20,000 nt of DNA from an uncultured virus (IMG/VR IMGVR_UViG_2061766007_000547) (taxonomy: Duplodnaviria; Heunggongvirae; Uroviricota; Caudoviricetes): the IMG/VR virus record IMGVR_UViG_2061766007_000547; one strand, given 5' to 3'. The position numbers and the translations under genes are program-made. Of this stretch, positions 1 to 8,007 are shown piece after piece. A model generated the notes under the pieces. The model worked only from the letters and a program-made list of their open reading frames with translations, did not search any database and had not been told where the DNA came from. Positions within the stretch are counted from its first letter, which is position 1; each line of letters opens with the position of its first letter.

Positions 1-2
1 TC

Positions 3-176
3 CATTCCCAATATGAACAAAGGATTGTTGTTTATTCTCTCTTCTACCTTAACAGCAAATACTCCCTTGTCATAATATATTCCCTGCTGCTTTAATGATG
101 CGATATCTTCCATAGTAAATCTCTGGTTCTCTGCAGTTATCCATGTTTTCTTGCCGTCTGTTAATGTCTTATACAT
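3..176 (-). CDS. hypothetical protein (partial, runs off the left edge)
   Basis: GGGAGG SD upstream of ATG at 176; MYKTLTDGKKTWITAENQRF... stays open to the edge; not in ORF track. Confidence 0.7.
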   Translation of the reverse strand, partial: MYKTLTDGKKTWITAENQRFTMEDIASLKQQGIYYDKGVFAVKVEERINNNPLFILGM

Positions 177-189
177 ATCAATTCCTCCC

Positions 190-366
190 TTAATATATTG
201 ATTTTAAAGTTCTGCTCTTATAAACTTCGTTTGCTCTCTGTTGCGTTGCCTCAAGCTCATCAGGATCGCTTGTGTCAAAATCAATTATTTCAACGTCCAT
301 ATTCTGCGTTGCAAATACTGCCTGTACCATGCCATCTTCAATCTCAATCACAATCTTATTTTTCAT
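190..366 (-). CDS. hypothetical protein, 58 aa
   Basis: GGGAGGTAAACAAG-ATG; MKNKIVIEIEDGMVQAVFATQNMDVEIIDFDTSD...; fills the gap between neighbours; not in ORF track. Confidence 0.8.
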   Translation of the reverse strand: MKNKIVIEIEDGMVQAVFATQNMDVEIIDFDTSDPDELEATQQRANEVYKSRTLKSIY

Positions 367-381
367 CTTGTTTACCTCCCT

Positions 382-564
382 TTAATCTTCAATAGTATAT
401 CTCTCATCAATAGGAACCCAACCGCCAGCGCCACCTAATACCCAAAGCAGCATGTCAATCTGGCAATTTGCCTGTTCTTTAGCTACGTCATCTTTTCCGT
501 TAACCTTCTTAGCAAACTCAGCAAGCTGTCCAAGCTTTTCATTGATCTCTTGTAAATCTCTCAT
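382..564 (-). CDS. hypothetical protein, 60 aa
   Basis: TAAGGAGG SD; ORF track. Confidence 0.8.
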   Translation of the reverse strand: MRDLQEINEKLGQLAEFAKKVNGKDDVAKEQANCQIDMLLWVLGGAGGWVPIDERYTIED

Positions 565-577
565 AATGATTTCCTCC

Positions 578-793
578 TTATCTCCACTTATCTTTGGTTT
601 CGCCTCTGCATGTCCAGCGTGTCATTGATATATGATATTCGTCACCAAACAACTGTCTGAAAAATTCTAATTTCGCTTCTGCTTCCTGTTCAAAATCGTT
701 TGACAGTTCAATTGTGCAAAAATAAACACCATACTCGTCATCTGGGCTTTTCTTCTTTGCTACATTGATTTCATAATTGTCTGTTATACTCAT
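578..793 (-). CDS. hypothetical protein, 71 aa
   Basis: AAAGGAG SD; ORF track. Confidence 0.8.
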   Translation of the reverse strand: MSITDNYEINVAKKKSPDDEYGVYFCTIELSNDFEQEAEAKLEFFRQLFGDEYHISMTRWTCRGETKDKWR

Positions 794-807
794 AACTTAT
801 TCTCCTT

Positions 808-1059
808 TCATGCATATAAATTTAAATAAACCCTTTTGCGTTCTTTTCTTTCCCCATAATGAACGGGGATAGGAACGATTGCATAATAACCACAAGGCGT
901 ATTGCCCATATGATCGTCCCATGTCCGTTCATGTCTGTAATACATTTTAAGATTGACAATCTTATAATTGTCGATACATAATGTAACCTTTTCCTTATCC
1001 CAGCCATACTCTTCAATCGTATGCTGTTTTCCATATTTGTCTGTTACATAGTGCTTCAT
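808..1059 (-). CDS. hypothetical protein, 83 aa
   Basis: AAAGGAGGTG SD; ORF track. Confidence 0.8.
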   Translation of the reverse strand: MKHYVTDKYGKQHTIEEYGWDKEKVTLCIDNYKIVNLKMYYRHERTWDDHMGNTPCGYYAIVPIPVHYGERKERKRVYLNLYA

Positions 1060-1074
1060 GCTTTCACCTCCTTT

Positions 1075-1410
1075 CTATAATGTTTTAAACGCTTCGTAAT
1101 TCCATATGCGTTCAAGTTCTTTGTGTAAACTACCATCAGTTACATATGTATCCTCAGTATCATCTACTGCTTTTCCATTCTGCGTCGTAACGATTATAAC
1201 CATGTCGCTATACTCTGCGTCCACCGCTGCGTTATAATCCCCGTCTTTGTAAAGATGAAGCGTTAAGTCTTGATTGCTACCAAAATTATGTACTACCAGT
1301 TCATCGTTTGCCATCATAGTATGACAAACATTTACAATACTGTTGAACCAATAATCTTTGTTATAATATCCTGCGTTTAAATCTGTTGGTGAATAAGAAT
1401 CATATTTCAT
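1075..1410 (-). CDS. hypothetical acidic protein
   Basis: AAAGGAG SD before MKYDSY (start moved from 1434 to 1410). Confidence 0.8.
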   Translation of the reverse strand: MKYDSYSPTDLNAGYYNKDYWFNSIVNVCHTMMANDELVVHNFGSNQDLTLHLYKDGDYNAAVDAEYSDMVIIVTTQNGKAVDDTEDTYVTDGSLHKELERIWNYEAFKTL

Positions 1411-1440
1411 AACACTATCTCCTTTCAAACTCAACTTTTA

Positions 1441-1854
1441 TCAATAATCTGTTTTTGTTTCAAAATCTTGTCCAAGCAATTCTTTCGCTTTCTTTTTAGC
1501 CCATGCATCACAACTCATACTTGCAATTTCTTTTCTTGTAACAACTGCTACCCAACCAGTTACATATCGAAGGTTTTCATAACCACTGCTCTCTAAAATA
1601 AACGCCTCATCATCAGGAAGTATCTCTTGTAACCTACTCAACCATTCGTCAAAATCATATTCATCACTTTCTTCGTCATAATATTCCACATCTCCATAGC
1701 ACCCAAAACCATGATGAATAGTTCCGTCTGTTTTAGTTTCTGTAAAATCTTCTATTGTATCTTCACTCGTAAGCATCTCAAATAATTCTTTATATTTCTC
1801 TTCATCGGTTACTCTAAAATAATTTGTTCTTGATACTGCCATATAATTTGCCAT
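1441..1854 (-). CDS. hypothetical acidic protein, 137 aa
   Basis: GGGAGG SD; MANYMAVSRTNYFRV... Confidence 0.85.
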   Translation of the reverse strand: MANYMAVSRTNYFRVTDEEKYKELFEMLTSEDTIEDFTETKTDGTIHHGFGCYGDVEYYDEESDEYDFDEWLSRLQEILPDDEAFILESSGYENLRYVTGWVAVVTRKEIASMSCDAWAKKKAKELLGQDFETKTDY

Positions 1855-1880
1855 ATTTCATTCCTCCCTTAAAAGTTATT

Positions 1881-2078
1881 TTATTTATTAAGCACCACTG
1901 TTAACGTAGCTAATCCATTTTTTCCTTCTGACTTCCAGTTCACCACTTCTTTATTATTCATATTTCTTCGTTCGCTTTCGCTCTTGATTTCTATTTTATT
2001 TCCATCTGCATCAAGCAGGATTATAATGTCTGCATAATCCCATATCTTCATCTTCCGTAAATCTTTAAGTTTTGTCAT
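1881..2078 (-). CDS. hypothetical protein, 65 aa
   Basis: GGAGGT SD; ORF track. Confidence 0.75.
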   Translation of the reverse strand: MTKLKDLRKMKIWDYADIIILLDADGNKIEIKSESERRNMNNKEVVNWKSEGKNGLATLTVVLNK

Positions 2079-2102
2079 TTTACCTCCAATTAAAACCTTT
2101 CC

Positions 2103-2396
2103 TTAATCAGCAATTGCTAATACTTCCTGTCCTGCAATATAATCAGCATACATCTGTGCGATTATCGCCTTATCTTCTATTGACAACTCAGCTTTATTCA
2201 TTTCTGCGGCTCCGTTTTTATAACCATGCTCTACCCAAAAACGCCATACAGGATCGGCTTTTATCGGAGCGTCAAAACCTAACAAATCATAACTGCCATC
2301 GTCATTTCTGTTGATATAACCAAGTGTGTAAGAATCCTCAATATAATGCTCAACCTTAACATCATATGCAATACCAAATTGTGTTGTAATATTCAT
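2103..2396 (-). CDS. hypothetical protein, 97 aa
   Basis: AAGGAG SD; ATGA overlap with upstream gene. Confidence 0.8.
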   Translation of the reverse strand: MNITTQFGIAYDVKVEHYIEDSYTLGYINRNDDGSYDLLGFDAPIKADPVWRFWVEHGYKNGAAEMNKAELSIEDKAIIAQMYADYIAGQEVLAIAD

Positions 2397-2605
2397 AGTT
2401 TACTCTCCTTTTTAATTTTAGATTTTAAATAATTGTATCTTCGCTTTGCCTTTAGTAACGTAGGATAAGTCCGCTCGTTAATTACATAGTAGCGACTACC
2501 ATCAAATGTTTTAGATGAACCTACTTTGTACGCCATGCTATACTTATCTTGATCAATATACACATAGCACTCATTAATTTTTTCTTCTTGAATTACCTCA
2601 GTCAT
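2393..2605 (-). CDS. hypothetical protein, ~70 aa
   Basis: GGAGGTG SD before MTEVIQ (start moved from 2659). Confidence 0.75.
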   Translation of the reverse strand: MTEVIQEEKINECYVYIDQDKYSMAYKVGSSKTFDGSRYYVINERTYPTLLKAKRRYNYLKSKIKKESKL

Positions 2606-2621
2606 ATATATCATCACCTCC

Positions 2622-2912
2622 TTAGTCTGTTGTTGTGAAGAAGTAATCAAGCTCCTCACCCTTTAAGTTACTTAATGCATAATCTCTTGCCTCATAATAA
2701 TAGTCGGCATATAGTTCGCTGTACTGTGTGTTTCCCTTGCCATGCCAATCCCAACATTTCCAGTTGAGTACCAGCACCAGTTCCGTTAGATAAATATAGT
2801 CGGACTTCCATTCATTAAATGCCCGCTTATAAGTATCCTTGATAGCATTAATACCAAAACGATCTGCGATTGAAAAATCCTGCCAAAATGTTGTTTTAAA
2901 TTCGTATCCCAT
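2622..2912 (-). CDS. hypothetical protein, 96 aa (Trp/Tyr-rich)
   Basis: AAGGAG SD; TTFWQDFSIADRFG...TELVLVLNWKCW. Confidence 0.85.
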   Translation of the reverse strand: MGYEFKTTFWQDFSIADRFGINAIKDTYKRAFNEWKSDYIYLTELVLVLNWKCWDWHGKGNTQYSELYADYYYEARDYALSNLKGEELDYFFTTTD

Positions 2913-2914
2913 AA

Positions 2915-3325
2915 TTAATAATCTCCTTCATACCAGCCGTCCCAGAAAGGAACATAATAACCGCCAAACATGCAATCAACTACCCATTCTCCATCGTTCT
3001 TGTATACCTGAGGCGAATCTTCAAGCATAAAATCACTGAAGTCATCCCATAATAATTCGCTTACTTCCCTTGCCTCTGCTTCAGTATCAAACTCCCAGAT
3101 AACATTTCCGCTTGTGGTGGCGCTAACTACATAATGCAATATATTTACAACTGCCATCTTTGCATCTGTATCTGCTTTCTGTTTATACTCTTCAATAACT
3201 GAGTTCATATAATCAGCCTGAAAGTTTGATATCTCTTCGTATCTCCGTTCCCACTCATCACCAGTTGCATATTTAAGCCAATCGCTTTTCTCATCCATAG
3301 CCTGCCTATATTCATCATGTGTCAT
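2915..3325 (-). CDS. hypothetical strongly acidic protein
   Basis: GAGGTGATAAT-ATG before MTHDEY. Confidence 0.85.
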   Translation of the reverse strand: MTHDEYRQAMDEKSDWLKYATGDEWERRYEEISNFQADYMNSVIEEYKQKADTDAKMAVVNILHYVVSATTSGNVIWEFDTEAEAREVSELLWDDFSDFMLEDSPQVYKNDGEWVVDCMFGGYYVPFWDGWYEGDY

Positions 3326-3336
3326 ATTATCACCTC

Positions 3337-3519
3337 TCAATCTGAACTAATCGGCGGTTCGCTTGCTGCGTAACCTTCATCTGTCCAAGTTGCCTTCCAC
3401 GCTGCACCAAGCACTGTATAGTTAAACATTTCAAGTGTTTCTGCAACTGTTTCTGCAATACCAGTTCCATCGTATTCCTCATCTGTTACTGCGATATCAA
3501 CACTAATCTGTACTACCAT
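3337..3519 (-). CDS. hypothetical acidic protein, 60 aa
   Basis: GGAGGTG SD. Confidence 0.8.
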   Translation of the reverse strand: MVVQISVDIAVTDEEYDGTGIAETVAETLEMFNYTVLGAAWKATWTDEGYAASEPPISSD

Positions 3520-3534
3520 ATCATCACCTCCTTT

Positions 3535-3723
3535 TTACATAATTGCTTGATAGCATTGAATTTCAAAATCATCTGCGCTGCGCTCATACTCTATGGCAAG
3601 AGCATTTTCAATAAAATGATTTGCATCATTGATTGCATCTTCCTTTGTATCAAACTCATAGTCGCCTTGATCCCCAACAAATTGCCCATCAAGTATGATG
3701 TCGTACAACCATTTGTCTTTCAT
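3535..3723 (-). CDS. hypothetical acidic protein, 62 aa
   Basis: AAAGGGGTG SD before MKDKWL. Confidence 0.8.
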   Translation of the reverse strand: MKDKWLYDIILDGQFVGDQGDYEFDTKEDAINDANHFIENALAIEYERSADDFEIQCYQAIM

Positions 3724-3727
3724 ATTA

Positions 3728-3928
3728 TCACCCCTTTCCGCCAGTAATCTCATTCCAGATGTTCATGCCATCTTCCTTAGTTATCTTGCCCGCAACTTCT
3801 AATGCCGTTAGCACTCCATTCCAGAATGCCTTTGCTACCGCGCTGGGATTTGACACATAAAACTGCGCCAGATCATATCCCTTATATCCTTCACACAAAT
3901 ATTGCCACACATCATTCCATGTTTTCAT
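3728..3928 (-). CDS. hypothetical protein, 66 aa
   Basis: GGGAGGT SD before MKTWNDVW (start moved from 4024). Confidence 0.8.
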   Translation of the reverse strand: MKTWNDVWQYLCEGYKGYDLAQFYVSNPSAVAKAFWNGVLTALEVAGKITKEDGMNIWNEITGGKG

Positions 3929-4097
3929 GATTAACCTCCCTTCTGTTGCGCATATCAAGTGTTCTGCTTTCATCAGGCTGTCCTGCATAACTGCCAAGTG
4001 CCTTTTCACATATGACTTCTTCATTCATATCATATGTAACATCAACTACATATGTTCTATCTTCCTGCATGGAGTAGAACACTTCCGTTACTGTCAT
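3912..4097 (-). CDS. hypothetical protein, 61 aa
   Basis: AGGTGA SD; ORF track. Confidence 0.75.
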   Translation of the reverse strand: MTVTEVFYSMQEDRTYVVDVTYDMNEEVICEKALGSYAGQPDESRTLDMRNRREVNHENME

Positions 4098-4112
4098 GTT
4101 ATCACCTACCTT

Positions 4113-4325
4113 TCAGAGTGGATATATAATACGTCCTGTCTTTTTAATCTTAGGAACAAGCTGAATATAATCATCATCTTTAACCCACTCAACATACTTA
4201 GCTGCCTCACGTTCTGCTTCGTTAAGTTCCGCTTCATTCATAGCGTCTGCTGGCTTATCCAGATTGAATGCTTCAACCTCTTCATTAATCCGTTCAAGTT
4301 GTTCTTCAATAGAATAATAAATCAT
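4113..4325 (-). CDS. hypothetical protein, 70 aa
   Basis: GGAGGTG SD. Confidence 0.8.
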   Translation of the reverse strand: MIYYSIEEQLERINEEVEAFNLDKPADAMNEAELNEAEREAAKYVEWVKDDDYIQLVPKIKKTGRIIYPL

Positions 4326-4337
4326 ATCATCACCTCC

Positions 4338-4589
4338 TTACCACATTTTCCGTATGAACTGATTTGTGATATCAAGCCAGATACCTATGCCAGAATCCCC
4401 TGTGATATTTACATCATAATAGCCGTCCTCACCGCAGCCATCCTCAAAGATCGGTCTGGCTATTTCATCTCCGTTATCCTTTTTCATGTAACGGATTTCC
4501 TTTAGTGGATTATTGTCTGGTAATCCAGCCGCGTCTGTTGTTCTGAGTGCTATACAAATTGCTGTGCATACTGTCTGTTTGTTTTCCAT
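4338..4589 (-). CDS. hypothetical protein, 83 aa
   Basis: AAAGGAG SD before MENKQTV (start moved from 4706). Confidence 0.8.
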   Translation of the reverse strand: MENKQTVCTAICIALRTTDAAGLPDNNPLKEIRYMKKDNGDEIARPIFEDGCGEDGYYDVNITGDSGIGIWLDITNQFIRKMW

Positions 4590-4602
4590 AATTAATCTCC
4601 TT

Positions 4603-4791
4603 TCAGTCAATTTCAACTTCATACTGTTCGTAGATATATTCTTTAAACATTTCTTTTGCAGCTTTTTCCGAACGTATATCGGAGATTTCGGCATCAATCC
4701 TGTCACCGACGCATATTGTTACAGTGTGGTTGTCCTTGTCGAAAATGTAGTTTGCGAGATTTTTGATCTGTGTCTTTGATATTCTTTGCAT
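4603..4791 (-). CDS. hypothetical protein, 62 aa
   Basis: AAGGAGG SD. Confidence 0.8.
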   Translation of the reverse strand: MQRISKTQIKNLANYIFDKDNHTVTICVGDRIDAEISDIRSEKAAKEMFKEYIYEQYEVEID

Positions 4792-4814
4792 GTTTAATTC
4801 CTCCTTTTAATCAG

Positions 4815-4833
4815 GAGGGGCATTACGCCCCTC
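4815..4833 (-). other. intergenic stem-loop GAGGGGC-GTAAT-GCCCCTC (no U-tract)
   Basis: Perfect 7 bp inverted repeat just after the DUF932 stop codon. Confidence 0.6.
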
Positions 4834-4836
4834 ATT

Positions 4837-5772
4837 TTATGCGCTAAGTAATATTCCAACTGTCTTATCGAGCAAATCGTTTCCGTCCAGTGCTGACTTG
4901 AAATGATTTTCCTCATAGTTTGCGGTACGTCTTAATGGTATGATATGACTTGTGGTGTCAGCTACAGCCTGCACAAATCTTGCACCAGTCATCTCCCTAT
5001 CCTTAAGATCAGGTGCATTGTAGAACCTGTACAGAATATCATCTGATACTCTCTTCAGATTATCTCGCTGCTTAACCGATAAATCTTCTCCGATAGGAAT
5101 AATCTTCTGAACAAGACTGTAAACTGTAGTGTCTGACATCTTTACCTTGTATAAGTCCTCAAACGTCTGCTTCTGAGCTTCGATATAAGCGTTTGCAAAC
5201 TGTAAGGTTTCCATTGCATCGTCAAGCTTATCGGCTATGCTTCCCGTATGTCTTGCTGACCATACTCGCTTTGCCTGTTTTAAAGCAAAGTTAAGTGTAT
5301 TCTGACAGACAACTCTAATGGGACTCATTGTTACCCTTACAGCGCCACTGCCGTCATGAGTATTAGTGAATACCAGATAAGGTTCAATCTCATCGTCTAA
5401 TATCTTGATCGTTTCAGGCATTCTTGCCAACAGCCAGATTGTCTTTCCGTCTTTCAACGAGCCTGCTGTTTCATATGTAACGCCCTCACCAAGCAGAGCG
5501 TCAGTGAAAGCAAACGCTTCGCTATTCTGAACGATCTTATATCTATCACCTACGATACCTAACGGCTTTCCGTCACTGCTTCTTACGTTTGCATAACTAC
5601 CAACGATCTTAGTTCCGTCTGCTAAGAATATGGGCTGCTGATGCACCTCCCAATCTAATCCTGCATAACGAATTGCATCCGCGCTTGTCGGTGCGCTTTC
5701 TACTGAAACGCCCAACTGATGCCAGGGCTTTTCTCTTCCTACAAAAAACATTGATTCTACGTTTGCTGCCAT
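4837..5772 (-). CDS. DUF932-family phage/plasmid-like protein (TIGR03299-like)
   Basis: Characteristic MAANVESMF..REKPWHxLG start, YKIVQN, YETAGSL, NTHDGSGA, PIRVVCQNTL, RHTG motifs; AAGGAGG SD. Confidence 0.9.
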   Translation of the reverse strand: MAANVESMFFVGREKPWHQLGVSVESAPTSADAIRYAGLDWEVHQQPIFLADGTKIVGSYANVRSSDGKPLGIVGDRYKIVQNSEAFAFTDALLGEGVTYETAGSLKDGKTIWLLARMPETIKILDDEIEPYLVFTNTHDGSGAVRVTMSPIRVVCQNTLNFALKQAKRVWSARHTGSIADKLDDAMETLQFANAYIEAQKQTFEDLYKVKMSDTTVYSLVQKIIPIGEDLSVKQRDNLKRVSDDILYRFYNAPDLKDREMTGARFVQAVADTTSHIIPLRRTANYEENHFKSALDGNDLLDKTVGILLSA

Positions 5773-5813
5773 AATAATTATCCTCCTTAAATTTGTGTTT
5801 GTGTTATAGTGAT

Positions 5814-5839
5814 ATCAAAGGGGCAACCGCCCCTCTGAT
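5814..5839 (-). other. intergenic stem-loop ATCAGAGGGGC-GGTT-GCCCCTTTGAT
   Basis: 11 bp stem (one G-U on the minus strand) just after the DUF5688 stop codon. Confidence 0.6.
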
Positions 5840-6654
5840 TAGAACTCGTATGCTCTCCATGAGAGCACATCTGCCTCAGGAACTTCTGAGCTATTAATTT
5901 CCTTTACCATCTGTGTAAGCTCCTGCTTAGTAATATCAGTTGCCTTAGACATAACAATACATTCATGAATTGAACTGGGGATTACATAATAACCTTCAGG
6001 GAACATCGCGCCCAATTCATTTCGCATGGTGATCGCTCCGATTGCTGCGTACATCTTTGTGTTGCTTGTGATAACATACTGAGGCAATGCATCGGCGGGA
6101 GTTGGCGGTAACATATCGGGATCAATGCCCATGCTAGCCATAGATGCCTTGATCACATCCAGCATATTAAGAATACTAATCTGTACGTTAGCCTCGGTTG
6201 CTTCCATTGCGTCTGCGAACAGGATACATTCAGGCACTCCCCACATATCAACTAATGACTGATTTACTTTTGCAGCCATGCCTCTGTCAAGCTGGATATA
6301 AGGCACCAGAATAAGATCATCAAAGCCATAGTCTGCGGCTGACCTGAATACATCTGCCTTTGTTTTTTCGTTATATAACCTTAACCTGAGATTTCCTTTG
6401 ACAACGTTATAATCTGTCATAGCGTCAATGCTGATGTTGGGCAGAGGCTGAGCTTTGATCTCCTCTATTTCTTTTACCGCCTGATCTACTGTATATCCCT
6501 CATCATACATATCCTCTATGTGAATCGATGGAGATATGTTGGCTCCTACATTTACCACTATACACTTCCGCTTAACGCCATTTGCCTTTTCCGCATCCTT
6601 GACTATTCCGTCGACCTGTTCTGCTACTGCATTGATAAAATCTTCTTTAGTCAT
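5839..6654 (-). CDS. DUF5688-family protein
   Basis: KANGV..ISPSIHI N-terminus; YVITS, YYVIPSSIHE, MVKEIN..EV...DVLS C-terminal motifs; AAGGAGG SD. Confidence 0.8.
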   Translation of the reverse strand: MTKEDFINAVAEQVDGIVKDAEKANGVKRKCIVVNVGANISPSIHIEDMYDEGYTVDQAVKEIEEIKAQPLPNISIDAMTDYNVVKGNLRLRLYNEKTKADVFRSAADYGFDDLILVPYIQLDRGMAAKVNQSLVDMWGVPECILFADAMEATEANVQISILNMLDVIKASMASMGIDPDMLPPTPADALPQYVITSNTKMYAAIGAITMRNELGAMFPEGYYVIPSSIHECIVMSKATDITKQELTQMVKEINSSEVPEADVLSWRAYEF

Positions 6655-6683
6655 GTTTTTATCCTCCTTAATTTTCCGTTTGT

Positions 6684-6762
6684 TAGAGTGCGTTTATACT
6701 CCCTAGCCACTACGCCCATGTGATATTTGCCGTTCACATGCCTTAAGAGACGGCTTGGTAAT
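6684..6762 (-). ncRNA. candidate structured RNA element, copy 1 (family unknown)
   Basis: Intergenic; shares invariant blocks with 7656-7731; stems show compensatory changes between the copies. Confidence 0.6.
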
Positions 6763-7221
6763 TTATTCTTCGTCTTTCTTAGGACTGAAGAATTTTTCGA
6801 TATCTTCCTTGAACTGCTCAACAAGCTGTTCTTCTGTTCTCGGATATATATTGCAGTCTCCGTAGTTTCTGTCGTATCCAAGACAAACCAGAACTTTCTT
6901 TCCGATTAGCTCGTCAGTTATACTTTCGATGCCCGCCATATCATATGCCTTAATAAACATCTTGACAGTATGCAGATCGTCTGCGTTCTTGATTTCAATG
7001 ACTGCCAGCATAAACTCTTCGCTTCCATATCCGAAGCGTTCCCATATGCCGCACTCAGCGAATGGCTCTCCGATCATCAGCTGCTTAAGATCATGCAGTA
7101 TAACTCCCCTTGCAGTTTCCTCATACTTCTTGCATTCCTCTTCTGTTGCAAAAACATGCCCATCATCTGCCTCATATCCTGTGATAATTTCTTCTGTCTT
7201 TGTGTACTTAAGTGTTTTCAT
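6763..7221 (-). CDS. hypothetical protein, 152 aa
   Basis: AAAGGAGG SD; YEADDGHVFATEEECKKYE N-terminal motif. Confidence 0.85.
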   Translation of the reverse strand: MKTLKYTKTEEIITGYEADDGHVFATEEECKKYEETARGVILHDLKQLMIGEPFAECGIWERFGYGSEEFMLAVIEIKNADDLHTVKMFIKAYDMAGIESITDELIGKKVLVCLGYDRNYGDCNIYPRTEEQLVEQFKEDIEKFFSPKKDEE

Positions 7222-7237
7222 GCTTTAGCCTCCTTTG

Positions 7238-7630
7238 TTATGCTACGTTTGACCATTTGCCGTTTTCAAAATGAAGAACAGCTTCGTACTCACTACGCTC
7301 AAAGATTTCGATGCAACCTGAACTTTCTATATCATATTTTTCACATTCTGCCTTAATTGCTTCAAGATCTGTGGTGGAAGTTATCGGAGTCATATACGTA
7401 GGCTCGCCTTTTTCACGCTGGACTGCATTTCTCCATACTACAATTCCATATTCAGTCGTAAGAGTATAAGCATGTCCGTCAAAATAATAGGTATCTCCAT
7501 TTTTGGCTGTTTTTAACCATTTGTTCATGTTAGATAAGTAACTTCTCATTGTCTTTTTTGTAATAAAGTTACAGCAGCAATATCCTCTTAATAGTTCTTC
7601 AAATGCGTCTTTGATTTTCTGTTTTGTCAT
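7238..7630 (-). CDS. hypothetical protein, 130 aa
   Basis: AAAGGAGG SD. Confidence 0.8.
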   Translation of the reverse strand: MTKQKIKDAFEELLRGYCCCNFITKKTMRSYLSNMNKWLKTAKNGDTYYFDGHAYTLTTEYGIVVWRNAVQREKGEPTYMTPITSTTDLEAIKAECEKYDIESSGCIEIFERSEYEAVLHFENGKWSNVA

Positions 7631-7655
7631 GTTATCCCTCCTTTAAAATATTGGC

Positions 7656-7731
7656 TAGAGTGCATTTATACTCCCTAGGCGCCACCCCCATACAGCTTCC
7701 GTCTGTATGCCTTAAGAGACGGCTTGATGAC
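7656..7731 (-). ncRNA. candidate structured RNA element, copy 2 (family unknown)
   Basis: Intergenic direct repeat of 6684-6762 with covarying stems. Confidence 0.6.
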
Positions 7732-7734
7732 CTG

Positions 7735-8007
7735 TCAGTTCTCGTCCAGACCTTCGGGACACTGCTCTACAGCGTGAATTTCCTTTTCACATTCGTCACA
7801 TATCCACTCTCCGTTATCGCCTGCTACAAGTGCTATACAGTCCTGACATCTTATTTGTTTGCTGTCCATATTATCTCCTTCCAACGGACACTCCTCGTCC
7901 GTTATGTTATGTATTTCGTCCATACATTCAGTGCAGAGCCAGTTGCCCTCTTCGTCCTGCTCACAATAGCTGCACTTTTTACATCTGACCATTTCCTTTG
8001 TGGTCAT
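7735..8007 (-). CDS. small Cys-rich protein with two tandem CxxC...WxCxxC..EIH..CP repeats (probable metal-binding)
   Basis: Internal duplication visible in the translation; GGAGG SD; ATGA overlap with the 594 aa gene. Confidence 0.85.
   Translation of the reverse strand: MTTKEMVRCKKCSYCEQDEEGNWLCTECMDEIHNITDEECPLEGDNMDSKQIRCQDCIALVAGDNGEWICDECEKEIHAVEQCPEGLDEN

Noticed and set aside
6651..6881. 76 aa minus-strand ORF crossing the repeated element
   Set aside because: Overlaps the 152 aa gene out of frame, has no clear SD, and covariation points to RNA structure rather than coding.
6684..7731. Assigning the repeated element to group II intron domain V, THF riboswitch or twister ribozyme
   Set aside because: Only partial word similarities (AAGCCGU..ACGG; UUAAG-stem-ACGG; AAGCC). 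The required closing and flanking consensus features are absent or out of order, so it is left unassigned pending cmscan.
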